A stretch of DNA of 64,000 nucleotides from Somniosus microcephalus (Eukaryota). This document shows, piece by piece, positions 60,434-64,000 of this stretch. Made by a program: the position numbers and the translations under genes. Location of the stretch: the NCBI GenBank assembly GCA_052327205.1, contig CM126225.1, forward strand, positions 11,532,001-11,596,000, in the 5' to 3' direction. Each line of letters starts with the position of its first letter. Position 1 is the first letter of the stretch. The notes under the pieces were generated by a model. The model saw nothing but the letters and a program-made list of their open reading frames with translations, made no database searches and was not told the DNA's origin.

Positions 60434-61214
60434 CTTACCTTGCCATTACAATCTCTCAGTTGTTCTCCATCTGCCTTTCTCTCTTTAATTCCTATTTAAA
60501 ATGCAGTTCTTCCGTGCTTCACTTTGTTCGGGGTTCTATTTTGAATGGGTTAGGTTTAAATCTCGTCTTACTTATTTTCTTTAAGCTATAGTGGCACAGA
60601 TTCTTGCTCTAATCTCTAAGAAGTGAAAGTTGCTGGGGTTGGAGTGGAAATCGTTACTTGCAGAAGGAAAGCAGCAAGGGATGCATCAGCATTCATAGAA
60701 CAACAAAGCAAACTTCAATTTTGTGCCTTGGAAGGGGGTTCATTTAATATATCTTTCTATCAGTGGATAAAAGATAAAACATAAGAATGACAGGAATTGA
60801 ATTTGAGGGAAAAAGCACCTTAGACAAAATAAAACAGAATGAAATAAACCTTAATGAAAGGGCAGGAGGATGCTGAGGAGTTCAAGGAGATTTGTTGACG
60901 GGAATGAATAATGGCCTTTGACAGTCAAGTCTTCTAGACCGAAGTATCTGCAGTGTTTAACTGGAGCCTCTACCTTCAATTTACAGATCCTGTCAAATAA
61001 TAAATAACTGTCTGTGTCCCAGGCCCTTCCATTAAACAAAGATATACAGGATGTTCAACAGCAGACTGGTGAATACCTAACATGCTCACTTGTCTGCGTA
61101 ATCCATGTGGAATGGAGTGATACTGCAGCCCTGTCATCAGATTTGTGACTTCTGACACCAAGGTTTGGGTGAAGATCAGCAACCGTGGCAGTCTTCTGTT
61201 TATACCTCTCTTTT

Positions 61215-61680
61215 CATAGAATCATAGCATGATGCAGCACAGAAGGAGGACATTCGGCCCATCGTGCCTGTGCCAGCTCTTTGCTAGACTGCCTTTCCCC
61301 ATAGCCCTGTAAATTATTTCCCTACATGTATTTATCCAATTCCCTTTTGAAAGCTACTACTGAATCTGCTTCCACCACCTTTTCGGGCAGTGCATTCCAG
61401 ATCACAACAACTTGCTGCGTAAATTTTTTTACCTCTGTTGCCTCTGGTTCTTTTGCCAATTACCTTAAATCTGTGTCCTCTGATTACTGAACCTTCTGCC
61501 ACTGGAAACACTTTCTCCTCAGTTACTCTATCAAAATCGTTCATGATTTTGAACACCTTTATCCAATCTCCTCTTAACCTTCTGTGCTCGGAGGAGAACA
61601 ACCCCAGCTTCTCCAGTCTCTCCAAATAACTGACGTCCCTCATCCCCTGGTACCATTCTAGTAAATCTCTTCTGTACCCA
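61215..61680 (-). mobile_element. CR1 3' fragment
   Basis: LEKLGLFSSEHRRLRGD...RGHRFKVIG; CATAGAATCATAG tail. Confidence 0.88.
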
Positions 61681-61681
61681 A

Positions 61682-61876
61682 TGACATGAATCAACTGAGC
61701 GGCCTGCGGGTGGCGATGTCCAGGGAGAGTATAAATACTCGGGCACGGGCCCAGCTTGCACAGGACATTCTTAACAGGAACTAGTGAAGGACACGACTAG
61801 ATCTCCATGTTGTAAAACAGTTGATTAAAGCTTTGTTTAACGCTTAGACCAAGTGCCCAGTAGTTTTCTTACGTCA
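61682..61876 (+). mobile_element. Solo LTR, about 195 bp
   Basis: TGAC...GTCA termini, TATAAATA at 61730 and ATTAAA at 61824; second copy at 22997-23224. Confidence 0.72.
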
Positions 61877-62159
61877 CCCCCATCAAGACCATGACAAGTC
61901 TTTTACTTTTGTTTCTTTGCTCTCCTCCACCTCAATCACCCATCTGCATTCACCGCCATCTTGTTTGGTTGGGGAAGTGGTGAGATAGTACATCGTTGTC
62001 CGCATTCTTTGTTGACCCACGAAAAGGGACAGCCGATTGGTCTCTGGTCGGTTTACCCTCCATTCCTTAGGGACTATCAGCCACCAACGACACACTATAT
62101 AATTTCCACTCGGTCACTAAATCTATCCACACCACTTGATCTCCTGAGAAAAGCTATTT

Positions 62160-62628
62160 CAAAAAGACTTGCATTTCTATAGCGCCTTTCACGACCACCG
62201 GACATCCCAAAGCGCCTTACAGCCAATGAAGGGCTTTTTGAAGTGTAGTCACTTTTGTAATGTTGGAAACATGGGAGCCAATTTGTACACAGCAAGCTCC
62301 CACAAACAGCAATGTGACAATGACCTGATAATCTGTTTTAGTGATGTTGATTGAGGGATGAATATTGTTAAGGACACAAGGGATAATTCCCCTGCTCTTC
62401 TTCGAAATAGTGCCATGGGATCTTTTGCGCCCACCTGAGAGGGCAAACGGGGCCTCGGTTTAACGTCTCATCTGAAAGACGGCACCTCCGACAGTGCAGT
62501 GCTCCCTCAGACCCTGCACTGGGAGTGTCAGCCTAGATTTTTGTGCTCAAGTCTCCTGGAGTGGGACTTGATGCCACAACCTCCCTGACCCAGAGGCGAG
62601 AGTGCTACCAACCACGCCATGGCTGACA
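62160..62628 (-). mobile_element. DeuSINE, near full length
   Basis: Head, Deu domain and tail all present. Confidence 0.88.
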
Positions 62629-63311
62629 CACAAAGGCTCCCCTGCTCAACCAAAGACAAAAGAAAGAAAATCCAGAGTTCCAACCTATGTGCTCTATCAT
62701 ATATCCTTGAAATGTTACCATACATGTGCTCCATCATAGTCTTGAAATGTTACCATACATGTGCACTATCATATGTCCAATATTCCCAATTTCATTCAAG
62801 CAGTTCAAATCCCTCCACCCAGTTTTGGGGTAATTAGGTTTGTCAGGAGCTGGTTTGGGGGGGAAGGGAAGCCCGAACCCCAACAGTCCAACACCCTGAA
62901 CTTATTCATTTACCTTTTAAAAAAGTCGAAAAGTTATTATACACGTTCTCCCTCATCTTCGGAAGATTATCTTTCTTCGCATGATATGTTCATAGTCACC
63001 ATAACCAGGAGCTATGTTCCACACTGTATTTGATTATCTGTACCTGCCTCATTCTTTTAACCATCAATCCCATTAATGAGATATTCATCAAAGTCATCCT
63101 ATATTGTAGCTTTATAACTCTTGTGTGGACACAAGCTCACATGAAGGCACCAACGGTACCCAGTGACATGCTATTCGTATGACCGTAGCTGACCTTAAAG
63201 CTGATTCAGCCCTCCTGATACAGAGTGGGTAAGTATGAGTGGCAGTCAGTTTGTGACATTGTTTTGTGTGTGGACACTCGGCTGACATCATCATACAGTT
63301 AAGTACTTAAA

Positions 63312-63636
63312 GGGCAAGCTCGAGGAACAGCACCTCATCTTTCTATTAGGCAATTTACAGCCTACCGGCCTCAACATTGAGTTCAACAACTTTAGATCAT
63401 AACCACTGCTTGCATTTTCTTGGACAGCAGGTGCTGGTAATGGTTCTACTGCTAGCATTTACATCTCCTCTAGATCCGTCTTTTGTTTCCTTACTTGGTC
63501 CCATTACCACCCCATTTTGCCTCGCACCATCATTCCTTTTGTCATTTCTCCTGCCTTCCACCCTATCACAGACCTTCCCTTTCGTTCTTTCCTCCCCCAC
63601 CCTTTTTCCCTGACCCTGTACCTGCTTAGACACTAA
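63312..63636 (+). mobile_element. Penelope-like element 3' fragment
   Basis: Encodes KLEEQHLIFLLGNLQPTGLNIEFNNFR*, a GIY-YIG C-terminal 'P.GLN' motif. Confidence 0.8.
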
Positions 63637-64000
63637 GGGGGAAAAATTCAGTCGGTTTACGCCTTCTGTTAGCGCCTTAAGAGGGCGCTAATGGGGCGCA
63701 AAGCAACTAGTGCCCGGGCGCGGCGATGTTTGCGCTGCTCGTGAAATTGACCAGACATTTTGCGGCAGCGCTGAACACTACCGCCACGATCTCCTGCACC
63801 CGCAGATCGTGACGTCAGTCGAGCGTGCAACGCCCCGGTAGCACCCTGGACCGGATATTGAGTGGCGCCCCCTGCCTTACTGCCTGCCGCTATCAACGAC
63901 AGGTTGAGGGGAGCGTTTTGCAGTCGGGAAGGGACTGGGGGAGCGCTATTTAAAGGTGACCGCTTCCTGCCTTTTTTTGTTGGCGACATTGTTGCACCAC
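63637..64000. mobile_element. Harbinger-type MITE (runs off the window)
   Basis: TAA then TIR GGGGGAAAAATTCAGT; close reverse complement of 5705-6065. Confidence 0.9.

Noticed and set aside
62688-62780. Short tandem duplications (about 36 bp here, 33 bp at 10080-10170, about 55 bp at 36000-36110)
   Set aside because: Ordinary local slippage duplications with no further structure.

Overview
Eukaryotic, repeat-dominated genomic DNA, almost certainly from a cartilaginous fish (shark or ray). This is inferred from HE1-type V-SINE, HER1/CR1 LINE tails, DeuSINE (SacSINE1-like) copies and Penelope fragments. Most of the ORF track is transposon debris. The only host coding sequence I can support is an 85-nt signal-peptide first exon on the minus strand (20304-20388), with no further exon recognised. 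The centrepiece is a nested TE stack at 29591-37301. A hAT MITE contains an internally deleted Gypsy element (partial gag plus integrase only), whose primer-binding site is complementary to its own LTR rather than to a tRNA. Its 5' LTR carries a 5S-rRNA-derived SINE with a Rex/Babar-like tail. Its 3' LTR carries an apparently intact 4.5-kb two-gene Harbinger transposon (DDE transposase plus a 3-exon Myb/SANT partner), and related MITEs are scattered across the window. Family names are assigned from memory of consensus sequences, not from database searches, and coordinates of degraded repeats are approximate.
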